Shown piece after piece: positions 28,178-37,440 of a stretch of DNA of 64,000 nt; within the stretch, counting starts at the first letter, position 1; every line of letters starts with the position of its first letter. The position numbers and the translations under genes were made by a program. The stretch is from Candidatus Aenigmatarchaeota archaeon. Its GTDB lineage: Archaea > Aenigmatarchaeota > Aenigmatarchaeia > CG10238-14 > SpSt-28. The stretch covers positions 1,877 through 65,876 of the forward strand of contig JAWBMD010000001.1 in assembly GCA_039000985.1 (NCBI GenBank), in the 5' to 3' direction. A model generated the notes under the pieces. That model searched no databases, was not told the origin of the DNA, and worked only from the letters and a program-made list of their open reading frames with translations.

Positions 28178-28804
28178 ATGAAAATAACTTTTTTTCTTAT
28201 TCTTTTAAACATATTTGTATTTTTATTGCAGCTTTTTAATCCATTTTTGGTTGATGAGTTTTCTTTTAATAAGTTAGATTTCTTATCAGGAAAATATTAC
28301 TTACCATTAACATCAATGTTTTTGCATGCAAATATTTATCATCTTTTTTATAATATGATCGCATTGCTATTAGTAGGACCAACTATAGAAAAAGAATCTG
28401 GCAAAATATTGTTTTTTATTGTTTACTTTCTTTCCGGCTATATAGGTGCTCTTTCTCTTATTTTCTATAAAGGAAATCCATATGGAATGGGAGCATCTTC
28501 AGCTATTTCTGGTTTAATTGGTTTTGGTGCAATAAAATTTCCTGCTAAAATAATTCTTTCACCAATTGGAGTAATAATGCCACTTCCATTTATTGTAGTT
28601 GGCTCTCTTTTCATGTTAATAAATTTTCTAGGTTTATTTATTCCATCAGAAATAGGTTTTCTTTCTCATTTATTTGGATTTTTTATGGGTGCTTTAATTG
28701 CTTTGCTAATTTCAAAAAGAAAATTAATTAGAATTATAGTACTTTTTATTTTAGCAATTTTATTTTACTTTCTCTTCACTCATTTTTTGAATTTCCAATT
28801 CTAA
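28178..28804 (+). CDS. Rhomboid intramembrane serine protease
   Basis: TSMFLHA..HL..NM, GASSAI, SHLFG. Confidence 0.92.
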   Translation: MKITFFLILLNIFVFLLQLFNPFLVDEFSFNKLDFLSGKYYLPLTSMFLHANIYHLFYNMIALLLVGPTIEKESGKILFFIVYFLSGYIGALSLIFYKGNPYGMGASSAISGLIGFGAIKFPAKIILSPIGVIMPLPFIVVGSLFMLINFLGLFIPSEIGFLSHLFGFFMGALIALLISKRKLIRIIVLFILAILFYFLFTHFLNFQF

Positions 28805-29173
28805 TGATTTTAAAATAGTGAATAGTTGATTAGCTTCAATTCTAAGCTTTTGAATGTTTTCATTAATTTCTTTATCTAAATTTTCTAAAAATTCAATAGT
28901 TTGTTTTAAGTTTTTTTCTAAAAATATGTTATGACCAACATTAACCAAAAATTTTTCTTTATCCAATATTGTTGCTTTTATTAATAGATTATCTGTAATT
29001 GGTATTAGACATTCGTTTTCCTCAATTTTTTTAAGTGCATTTATAGCATTTCTTATTACAATTAGTTTGTTTTCTCTTTCTTTAATCAAGTTTGTCAAAA
29101 TTTGAAAATTTTCTTCAATAATTTTGTAATAGTAAATTTTTTGTGCAATTTCTTCTTTTTTTGTTTCTTCCAT
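28760..29173 (-). CDS. pfdA: Prefoldin alpha subunit
   Basis: Coiled coil flanking CLIPI...LVNVG...LEK beta-hairpins. Confidence 0.85.
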   Translation of the reverse strand: MEETKKEEIAQKIYYYKIIEENFQILTNLIKERENKLIVIRNAINALKKIEENECLIPITDNLLIKATILDKEKFLVNVGHNIFLEKNLKQTIEFLENLDKEINENIQKLRIEANQLFTILKSLELEIQKMSEEKVK

Positions 29174-29200
29174 TAATTTAATTTAAAGATAAGTAAATAT

Positions 29201-29845
29201 ATGGAAATCGAGAAATACATAGATCATACAAACGTAAATCCAAATTGTACAAAAGAAGATGTTATAAAGTTAGTAGAAGAAGCAAAAAAATATAATTTTT
29301 ATTCTGTAGTTGTTTTACCATATTATGTAAAATTTACTAAAGAGCTTTTGAAGGATACAAATATTAAAATATGTACAGTAATTAGCTTTCCTTATGGTTG
29401 CCAAACTACAAAAGCTAAAATATTAGAAATGAAAGAAGTCTTTGATTTTGTTGATGAATTTGATGTTGTAATGAATAGAACTGCATTTAAAAATAAAGAT
29501 TATGATTTTGTTCTAAAGGAATTGAAAAAAATAAAAAGGGCATCTAAAGGAAAAATTGTAAAAGTTATTATAGAAACACCAGAATTAAGTGAAGAAGAAA
29601 TAAGAGAAGCTAGTAAAATTGTTTTAAAATCTAATTGCGATTTTGTGAAAACAGCTGTTGGTTTAAAAGGACCAACTGAGTTAAGGCATGTGGAGATAAT
29701 AAAAGAGGTTGTTGGTGATAAAGTAAAAATAAAAGCATCTGGAGGAATAAGAGATTATAAAACAGCTGTTGAATTTATAAATGCGGGTGCTAGTAGAATA
29801 GGTTCCTCAAAAAGTATTGAAATAGTAAGCGGAAAAAGTGGTTAA
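29201..29845 (+). CDS. deoC: Deoxyribose-phosphate aldolase
   Basis: IDHT, VISFPYG, KVIIET, FVKT, KASGGIR, RIGSS. Confidence 0.95.
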   Translation: MEIEKYIDHTNVNPNCTKEDVIKLVEEAKKYNFYSVVVLPYYVKFTKELLKDTNIKICTVISFPYGCQTTKAKILEMKEVFDFVDEFDVVMNRTAFKNKDYDFVLKELKKIKRASKGKIVKVIIETPELSEEEIREASKIVLKSNCDFVKTAVGLKGPTELRHVEIIKEVVGDKVKIKASGGIRDYKTAVEFINAGASRIGSSKSIEIVSGKSG

Positions 29846-30608
29846 GAGAGCAGATTTACCAGAGGAAAATGAATTAGTTTTAGCAAGAATTTATGAAACA
29901 TCAAACATAGCTGCTTGGTGCTATCTTTTAGAATATCCAAAAATTAAAGGAGTAATACATATTTCAGAAGCAATAGGAAAATGGATTTATGATATAAATG
30001 AAGTTGTTAAGGTTGGTGATACTGTTGTTGCAAAAGTTATAAGAATCGATGAAAAAGATAATATTGTTAGATTAAGTTTAAAAAGGGTTTCTGAAGAAGA
30101 GAAAAAAGAGAAGATTAATGAATATAAAAGGGAAGAAACTGCTGAAAAAATATTGGAAAGAGCAGCTAAAAAGTTAGGAAAAACATTAGATGAAGCTTAT
30201 GAAGAAATAGGATTTTTTCTCCAAAAAAAGTTTGGTTATTTGTTTGTAGCATTTAATGAAATAATGCAAAAAGAAAATACATTAGATAAAATTGGAGTTA
30301 AAGATGAGTGGAAAAATGCTATATTGGAAGCATTAAAAGAAAGATATGGGGAAAGATTAGTAGAAATAAAATATGAAATAAACATGAGTTCATTTGAAGA
30401 AGATGGAGTGAAAGCAATTAATGAAATTTTGAAAAAATTGCAAAATGGAAATGTTAAAATAATTTATCTTTCAGCACCGAGATATCTTTTAAAGCTTTCA
30501 ACTAAAAATCCAAAAGAAGATGAAAGGAAATTAATAAAAAATCTAGAAGATGTTAAAAAAATTGCTTTGAGTAAAAAAGTTAATTTTGAGTTTAAAAAAT
30601 TGAAATGA
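29838..30608 (+). CDS. eif2a: Translation initiation factor 2 subunit alpha
   Basis: LPEENELV S1 domain, IHISE, LSLKRV, SAPRY. Confidence 0.95.
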   Translation: MVKRADLPEENELVLARIYETSNIAAWCYLLEYPKIKGVIHISEAIGKWIYDINEVVKVGDTVVAKVIRIDEKDNIVRLSLKRVSEEEKKEKINEYKREETAEKILERAAKKLGKTLDEAYEEIGFFLQKKFGYLFVAFNEIMQKENTLDKIGVKDEWKNAILEALKERYGERLVEIKYEINMSSFEEDGVKAINEILKKLQNGNVKIIYLSAPRYLLKLSTKNPKEDERKLIKNLEDVKKIALSKKVNFEFKKLK

Positions 30609-31522
30609 AAAAAGTAATTGATTTAAACATAGAAAAAAATTTTGATTTGAAAAAAATAATTGATTCTTATTCAAATATAGGTGGTTTTAATGCAGCACAT
30701 TTTTATGATGGTATAAAAATTTTGGAAAAAATGATAAAAGATGAAAAATGTAAAAAAATATTGTCATTTACTGGAAATATAATTTCAACAGGAGTTAGAG
30801 GGATAATAAAAAGCTTTTTGGAGAAAAAATTTTTTGATTTAGTAATAACTACTTGTGGTTCTTTAGATCATGATATTGCAAGGAGTTTTTCAAATTATTA
30901 TTGTGGAAGTTTTTTTGTAGATGATAAAGAATTGGTTAAAAAAGGTTTTCATAGGTTGGGAAATGTTTTCATACCTTTTAAAAATTATGGAAAATTAATA
31001 GAAGAAAAGATTTCGGAATTAGTGAAAAAATTAAATGGGAAGGAATTAGCAACTTATGAATTTTGTTGGGAGTTAGGGAAATTTATAAATAAAGAATCAT
31101 CTTTTCTATTCCAATGCTATAAAAATAAAATTCCTGTTATAGTACCAGGATTTTATGATGGAGCTGTTGGTTGTCAAATTTGGCTTAATTTTCAAAGAGG
31201 TAAAAAAGTTTTTATTAATTTAATTAAAGATGAGCAATTTTTAAGTGATTTTGTTTGGAATAGTGAAAAGCTTGGTGCTTTAATAATTGGTGGTGGAATT
31301 TCAAAGCATCATACAATTTGGTGGGCTCAGTTTAAAAATGGTTTAGATTATTCTGTTTATATAACAACAGCTAGTGAATATGATGGTAGTTTAGCAGGAG
31401 CAAGAACAAGGGAAGCTATTACATGGAAAAAAATAAAGAGAAATGCTTTACATACAACTATAGAGTGTGATGTTACAATAATTTTACCAATAATTTATAG
31501 CTATTTGATACAATCGGTCTAA
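30605..31522 (+). CDS. dys: Deoxyhypusine synthase
   Basis: FTGNIISTG, RLGNVFIP, GGGISKHH, DGSLAGA..REAITW.K. Confidence 0.95.
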   Translation: MKKVIDLNIEKNFDLKKIIDSYSNIGGFNAAHFYDGIKILEKMIKDEKCKKILSFTGNIISTGVRGIIKSFLEKKFFDLVITTCGSLDHDIARSFSNYYCGSFFVDDKELVKKGFHRLGNVFIPFKNYGKLIEEKISELVKKLNGKELATYEFCWELGKFINKESSFLFQCYKNKIPVIVPGFYDGAVGCQIWLNFQRGKKVFINLIKDEQFLSDFVWNSEKLGALIIGGGISKHHTIWWAQFKNGLDYSVYITTASEYDGSLAGARTREAITWKKIKRNALHTTIECDVTIILPIIYSYLIQSV

Positions 31523-31645
31523 AAGCTATTTTTTATAATTGCTATCAGAATTATATAATTACAATAGACCAGATTCAAAATCAAAAGTATAGTAGAGAAA
31601 AAATCTTTATTTAACTAATTTAAAACATTTTTATTAAATTAATTT

Positions 31646-33139
31646 GTGATTATAGAAAAATATAATGTAGTTTCTCAAAACATTTCAAATGAAGTAACTA
31701 TTGAAAAAACAAATGATTTTGTATTGCATTATAATTTAAAAACTCAAGAAATTGGAAAAGGAACTATTGGTTTATTAAATAAAGTTAAGACAAATTTGCT
31801 TGCCGAGATACCATTAAAGCATGGCGAAATCACAGATTTTCAAAAATGGGAGGAAATAAAAAATAATGTATACCAAAAAGCTATTAATGAAATAAAAAAA
31901 GAGCTTCCAACAATAGATGAAAAAACATGCAAATTTTTAGCCGGGACTTTAATTCAAGAAATGTTTGGTTTAGGTAAGCTAGAATTTTTAATAGAAGACC
32001 CAAATTTAGAAGAAATAGCTATAAATGGTTCTAAACAACCAGTTTGGGTTTATCATAAAAAATATGGATGGTTAAAAACTAATATATTTGTACCAAGCGA
32101 AATGGATATACAAAATTATGCTAACACAATAGCTAGAAGAATTGGTAGACAAATAACTTTGTTAGATCCTTTGCTAGATGCACATTTACCAACTGGTGAT
32201 AGAGTAAATTCAACTTTATTTCCAATATCATCTTTTGGAAATACTTTAACTATAAGAAAGTTTAGAAGGTCTCCATGGACTATTACAGAATTAATAAAAA
32301 ATAATACTTTTAATTCGGAAATAGCTAGTTTTATTTGGTTATCAATTCAATATGAATTAAACATGATAGTTGCTGGTGGTACCGGTAGCGGAAAAACAAC
32401 ATTGTTAAATGTTTTTGCAAATTTTATACCTCCAAATCATAGAATAGTTTCTATTGAAGACACAAGGGAGCTAAATCTTTCAGAATTTTTACATTGGGTA
32501 CCTTTAACAACAAGAGAACCAAATCCAGAAGGTCTTGGTGGTGTGGAAATGCTTGATTTAGTTATAAATAGCTTGAGAATGAGACCGGATAGAATAATAG
32601 TTGGAGAAATAAGAAGGGCTAGGGAGGCTGAAGTTTTATTTGAAGCTATGCATACTGGTCATTCTGTTTATGCTACATTGCACGCAGATACGGCAGATCA
32701 AGCAGTAAAAAGATTAATAAATCCACCAATAAATGTTCCGGAATCTGTTCTAGATGCTTTACATTTAATTGCTGTTGCTTTCAGAGATAGAAGAACTGGT
32801 AAAAGGAGATTGTTTCAAGTAGCTGAAATAATAGCTGGAGAAAAAGGAGTTAGGATTAATGTTTTTTATAAATGGAAGCCAGCTAAGGATATAATAGAAA
32901 AAGAGGGAGAGATTTATAGAATATTTGAGGAAATAAGGTCATTTACTGGAATGAGCGATGAAGAAATAAAGGATGATCTGGAAGAGAAAGAAAAAATAAT
33001 TAAATATTTTGTAAAAAATGATATAACGGATTTGAATAAAATTGGGAAAATAATTTCCATTTATTACATAGATAAAAATTTCGTTCTAAAAAATTTAGAC
33101 AAAAAAATTGATGAGATAATAAAGAAATGGGAAAGTTGA
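31646..33139 (+). CDS. Type IV pilus/Tad assembly ATPase (CpaF/VirB11 family)
   Basis: GGTGSGKTT, IEDTREL, LRMRPDRIIVGEIR, TGH..YATLHA. Confidence 0.95.
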   Translation: MIIEKYNVVSQNISNEVTIEKTNDFVLHYNLKTQEIGKGTIGLLNKVKTNLLAEIPLKHGEITDFQKWEEIKNNVYQKAINEIKKELPTIDEKTCKFLAGTLIQEMFGLGKLEFLIEDPNLEEIAINGSKQPVWVYHKKYGWLKTNIFVPSEMDIQNYANTIARRIGRQITLLDPLLDAHLPTGDRVNSTLFPISSFGNTLTIRKFRRSPWTITELIKNNTFNSEIASFIWLSIQYELNMIVAGGTGSGKTTLLNVFANFIPPNHRIVSIEDTRELNLSEFLHWVPLTTREPNPEGLGGVEMLDLVINSLRMRPDRIIVGEIRRAREAEVLFEAMHTGHSVYATLHADTADQAVKRLINPPINVPESVLDALHLIAVAFRDRRTGKRRLFQVAEIIAGEKGVRINVFYKWKPAKDIIEKEGEIYRIFEEIRSFTGMSDEEIKDDLEEKEKIIKYFVKNDITDLNKIGKIISIYYIDKNFVLKNLDKKIDEIIKKWES

Positions 33140-33996
33140 GAATACCACTTTTACCTTTTCCTTTAGAAAAAGCAGTAAAGTTTTCAAAGGGTATTATGTT
33201 TTTAAGCAATTATTTAATTAAATTCTTTCCAGGATTGCAGCAATCTTTAATTCAGGCTAATATAAATTTGAAGGATAGGGAATATTTATCTGTAGCTATA
33301 TTTTCAAGTATTTTTTGGTTTTTGATTTTTTTTACAATTTTTATTTCTCTTTCAAAATCTCTACTTAATTCATTTTTGGTATCATTTGCTTTACAAATAA
33401 TTATTTTAATTTATATAGCATCATTTCCAAAATATCTTGTTTCAAAAAGAAATAGAGATATAGAAAGAAATTTGCTTTTTGCTGTTAAGCATTTGCTTAT
33501 TCAAATAAAAAGTGGAGTTTCTTTGTTCGACGCAATAGTTTCTGTTTCTAAAGGAAATTACGGAGAAGTATCAAAAGAATTTGAAAGATGTGCAAAAGAA
33601 ATTTATTCTGGTAGAGAACAAATATCAGCTTTAGAAGATATAACAATTAGAAATCCAAATATTTCTTTTAGAAGAGTAATTTGGCAATTAATAAATGCTA
33701 TGAGAACGGGTACAGATTTAGGTAGTTCATTAGAAGTTATGGTTAATAATTTATCAAATGAGCAAAGAATAGCAATAAGAAAATATGGTTCCGAGCTAGG
33801 ACCAATTGCTTTAATGTATTTAATGACATCTATTATATTTCCAACTTTGGGAATTGTTTTCATGATAATTTTTTCTTCGTTTAGCGGGATAGCAGTTCCA
33901 GAAACCCTTTTTTATATTGTGATATTTATGGTTTTAGTTTTTCAATTTACATTTCTAGGAATGATAAAAAGCAAAAGACCTTCTGTTGAAGTATGA
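33127..33996 (+). CDS. Type II secretion system F / TadC-like platform protein
   Basis: SGVSL..AI, YGEVS.EF, TMs; operon with ATPase. Confidence 0.9.
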   Translation: MGKLRIPLLPFPLEKAVKFSKGIMFLSNYLIKFFPGLQQSLIQANINLKDREYLSVAIFSSIFWFLIFFTIFISLSKSLLNSFLVSFALQIIILIYIASFPKYLVSKRNRDIERNLLFAVKHLLIQIKSGVSLFDAIVSVSKGNYGEVSKEFERCAKEIYSGREQISALEDITIRNPNISFRRVIWQLINAMRTGTDLGSSLEVMVNNLSNEQRIAIRKYGSELGPIALMYLMTSIIFPTLGIVFMIIFSSFSGIAVPETLFYIVIFMVLVFQFTFLGMIKSKRPSVEV

Positions 33997-34991
33997 ATTA
34001 CAAAAAAATTTTTAGAAAAATAAGGGGGTTTTTCCCAGGTTTTTTAATAAAAAAGTTTGAAGAATATCATTCTTTAGCTTCAATAGAAACAGAATTTGAA
34101 AAATTTTTTGTCTATTCATTTAATTTTTCTTTAGCATTTTCGTTTTTCATTTTTGTTTTGTCAATAATATTTTTCAAAAGCTTGTTTTCGATAATTTTGA
34201 TTCCAATAGGATTTTTACTTTCAATGGTTTTAATATTAGTTAATTTAAATTTAATAGCTGATAAAAAAGCTAGATTTTCAGAAGAAGTGTTGCCAGATTT
34301 ATTATTGTTAATGGCAAGCAATATAAGAGCTGGTTTAACTCCAGATAAATCATTAGCTCTTTCAGCAAGGCCAGAATTTGGTATATTGGAAAGAGAAATA
34401 AAAAGTGTTGCAACAAAATCATTAGCTGGAAAACCTTTTGAGGAAGCTTTATTAGAATTAACTAAAAAAATAAAGTCTAGATTAATAGAAAGAACCATTA
34501 ATTTGATTATTGAGGGAGTGAAAAAAGGTGGTGAAATAGCAAAGCTTTTAGAGCAAACAGCTAATGATATAAGGGATTTAAAAACTATGAAAAGAGAAAT
34601 TTCATCACAAGTTGGTATGTATGTTATTTTTATTTTTATTGCTTCCGGAATAATTTCTCCAGCACTTTTTTCATTTTCCACCTATTTGTTAGAGACATTG
34701 CAAAAAATATCAAAAGAAGTAAGAATAGAGGGACCAACAACAGCTTCATTGCCCCAATTCAAGTTTTTAAGATTTGGTGGAGGAATTAGTATTTCTGTAG
34801 ATTTTATTAGAATTTATGCTTTATCAATAAATTTGCTAATTTCATTTTTTGGTAGTTTGATAATTGGATTAATAAGTGAAGGTAGAGAAAAAGCTGGAGT
34901 AAAATTCATCCCATCATTATTAACTTTAAATATTGCAGTATTTTTTGGAGCAAGTTATGCTGTTAATATAATTTCTAAGCTGTTTGTGTGA
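33993..34991 (+). CDS. Type II secretion system F / TadC-like platform protein 2
   Basis: LPD.L.LMASNIRAG.T, EFG.L, GGEIA.LLE, G...AG.K. Confidence 0.9.
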   Translation: MNYKKIFRKIRGFFPGFLIKKFEEYHSLASIETEFEKFFVYSFNFSLAFSFFIFVLSIIFFKSLFSIILIPIGFLLSMVLILVNLNLIADKKARFSEEVLPDLLLLMASNIRAGLTPDKSLALSARPEFGILEREIKSVATKSLAGKPFEEALLELTKKIKSRLIERTINLIIEGVKKGGEIAKLLEQTANDIRDLKTMKREISSQVGMYVIFIFIASGIISPALFSFSTYLLETLQKISKEVRIEGPTTASLPQFKFLRFGGGISISVDFIRIYALSINLLISFFGSLIIGLISEGREKAGVKFIPSLLTLNIAVFFGASYAVNIISKLFV

Positions 34992-35991
34992 ATTTTCCAA
35001 AAATTTTTATTTTATAACCACAAAACTTACAATTGTTTTTTTCATCTAAGTTCCAAGATGTTATAGAAAATCCATATCTTCCAACAACAACATTTTTACA
35101 TTCCGGACAATAAGTGCTTTCATACGGATGACCCCAAACATTTCCTATATAAACATAATTAAAGCCAAAATCCTTAGCTATTTCATAATGCTTTTCTAAT
35201 GTTTTTATTGGAGTTGGTGGTAAATCTAAAAGCTTATAATTTGGGAAAAACCTAAGGAAATGTATAGGTAAATCATTACCAAAATTATCTAACAAAAATT
35301 TAAGCATTTTTTTACAATCTTCTATATCATCACCAATTTTTGGAATAATTAAATCAGTAATTTCAACATGCAATCCTTTTAATTTTGGTAAACAATCAAA
35401 AACTGGTTGCATTGATGGAATTAAAATATTTTTTCTGACAAATTCTAAATTTCCATTACCTTTTATATCAACTGTTATGCAATCCAAAAACTTTTTAACT
35501 TCTTTTATTGTTTCATCAGTATAATAACCATTTGAAACGAAAATATTTATCAAACCTTTTTTTCTTGCAATTTTTCCAGTATCGCTTGCAAACTCTATAA
35601 AAATGGATGGCTCATTATATGTATAAGCAATTCCTTGGCAATTGTTAACAATAGCTTCATTAACTATTTCTTTTGGTAGCATATCAATTCCAGCTATTTC
35701 TCTTCTTTGGCTTATATCAAAATTTTGGCAATATTTGCAAGCCCAAGAACAACCCGTTGTACCTATTGAAAGAATTTTTGATCCAGGCATGTAATGCATA
35801 ACTGGTTTTTTTTCTATTGGGTCTATATTGCAAGCTATAACTTTACCATATACAAGCAAATAGAGATTACCATTTATATTTTTTCTTACACCACAAAATC
35901 CTATTTGATTTTTAGATAATGTGCATTTTCTTGCACATGCTTTACAAATTACCCTTCCATTAGCTTTTTCAAACAATCTAGCTTTTTTCAC
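34975..35991 (-). CDS. amrS: AmmeMemoRadiSam-type radical SAM enzyme
   Basis: CKACARKC, DPIEKKP, CSWACKYCQN, YTYNEP, YVYIGN, TYCPEC. Confidence 0.9.
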   Translation of the reverse strand: MKKARLFEKANGRVICKACARKCTLSKNQIGFCGVRKNINGNLYLLVYGKVIACNIDPIEKKPVMHYMPGSKILSIGTTGCSWACKYCQNFDISQRREIAGIDMLPKEIVNEAIVNNCQGIAYTYNEPSIFIEFASDTGKIARKKGLINIFVSNGYYTDETIKEVKKFLDCITVDIKGNGNLEFVRKNILIPSMQPVFDCLPKLKGLHVEITDLIIPKIGDDIEDCKKMLKFLLDNFGNDLPIHFLRFFPNYKLLDLPPTPIKTLEKHYEIAKDFGFNYVYIGNVWGHPYESTYCPECKNVVVGRYGFSITSWNLDEKNNCKFCGYKIKIFGKFTQTA

Positions 35992-36755
35992 TATTTGCTA
36001 AAAAATTTTTTGATTTTTGTAAATAAACTTTCTTTTTCTTCAAATTTTTCTCCAGCTATAAAGGAAGCTATTTTTATTATTTCTATTGCAGCTTTAGAAT
36101 TTTTATTTAACAAAATTAATGGTACTCTAGCATTTATGCTTTTTTCAACATTTTCGTCTTCAGGAATTTTACCTATTATGTTTAATCCGGTTAAAGCTCT
36201 TATTTCTTCTTCCAGCATTTCATATTTTTTTCTTTTTACTCTGTTCAGAACTAAACCTAATGGTATTACAGAATGAGCATCTAAAATTTTCAAGCATTTT
36301 ACTATATCAACTATTGAGATGAAATTTGGGTTTGATATAAAAATAGCTTCCTCGCTACATAAAATGCTAAGCATACCTTCTCTACCAAATCCTGGAGCAG
36401 AGTCAATAATTACAAAATCTCTTGTTGAAAAATTTTCTTTTATTTTTTCTTTCAATCCATCAAAATTTACATTAACCAAATCTGATATATCCAAAGATGA
36501 TGGAATGAATTCTATACCATTACCATAGCTATATATCACATTGCTTATTGGGACTTCATTTCTAAGAAAATTGTTTAATGTATATGCATAGTTATATTTT
36601 CCAAGATATAGTGAAAGATGGGATGTTGTTATGTTTAAATCAATCAAAACTACTCTTTTTTTAAAAAATAATGATAAAGCTATTGCAAGATTTGCTGTGA
36701 AAACAGTTTTTCCAACACCACCTTTGCCAGATAATACAGATATTATCCTCACCAT
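35991..36755 (-). CDS. minD: MinD/ParA family ATPase
   Basis: SGKGGVGKT deviant Walker A, IIDSAPG, C-terminal amphipathic FTKIKKFF. Confidence 0.88.
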   Translation of the reverse strand: MVRIISVLSGKGGVGKTVFTANLAIALSLFFKKRVVLIDLNITTSHLSLYLGKYNYAYTLNNFLRNEVPISNVIYSYGNGIEFIPSSLDISDLVNVNFDGLKEKIKENFSTRDFVIIDSAPGFGREGMLSILCSEEAIFISNPNFISIVDIVKCLKILDAHSVIPLGLVLNRVKRKKYEMLEEEIRALTGLNIIGKIPEDENVEKSINARVPLILLNKNSKAAIEIIKIASFIAGEKFEEKESLFTKIKKFFSK

Positions 36756-37046
36756 CTATAAATTCTTTATGATTCCTTTATTTTTTAACCAAAAAAATTC
36801 TGTTGGGCTATACTTATGTATTATATCTCCTTTCTTATCTCCACCAATTTTCCATTTTTTTACTAAAATTAAATCACCCCTACTTACCCAAATTCTTTTC
36901 CTAATTCTTCCAGTTAATCTACATATTCTCACTTTTCCATCTTCACATTTAACAGAAAATCTGTCCCCACCTAAAGCTTCGTCTATTATTCCAAAAACTT
37001 CATCCTCATTTTCAGGCAATCTAACTCTTATTACTTCTTCTCCCAT
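36756..37046 (-). CDS. eif1a: Translation initiation factor 1A
   Basis: RVRLP, LGG, C.DG..R.CR..GR, W...GD, KGDI. Confidence 0.95.
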   Translation of the reverse strand: MGEEVIRVRLPENEDEVFGIIDEALGGDRFSVKCEDGKVRICRLTGRIRKRIWVSRGDLILVKKWKIGGDKKGDIIHKYSPTEFFWLKNKGIIKNL

Positions 37047-37092
37047 AATAAGAAGTTCCTTAATAATTTTTTATTTTTTCCACAATTAAATT

Positions 37093-37440
37093 ATGGAGAA
37101 ATTTAAACAAGTTATTATTGTAAGAAAAGATTTAAAAACGAGTAAAGGAAAACTAGCAGTTCAATGCTGTCATGCTTGTATAGGTGCTTTAAAGCAAGTG
37201 GAAGAAAAAGTTATCGAGGAATGGGAAAAAGAAGGAGCAAAAAAAGTTATTTTAAAAGTTAAGGATTTAAATGAATTAGAAAAAATAGAAAAAGAGCTAA
37301 AGAAAAACAAAATAAATTATTTTTTGGTTATAGATGCCGGTAAAACTCAGCTAAAGAAAGGAACAATAACTTGCATAGGTATTGGTCCAATAGAAAGTAA
37401 AAAAATAGATAAAATAACAGGAAAACTAAAGCTACTTTGA
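37093..37440 (+). CDS. pth2: Peptidyl-tRNA hydrolase Pth2
   Basis: KQVIIVRKDL, GKLAVQ..HA, DAGKTQ, IGP, TGKLKLL. Confidence 0.96.
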   Translation: MEKFKQVIIVRKDLKTSKGKLAVQCCHACIGALKQVEEKVIEEWEKEGAKKVILKVKDLNELEKIEKELKKNKINYFLVIDAGKTQLKKGTITCIGIGPIESKKIDKITGKLKLL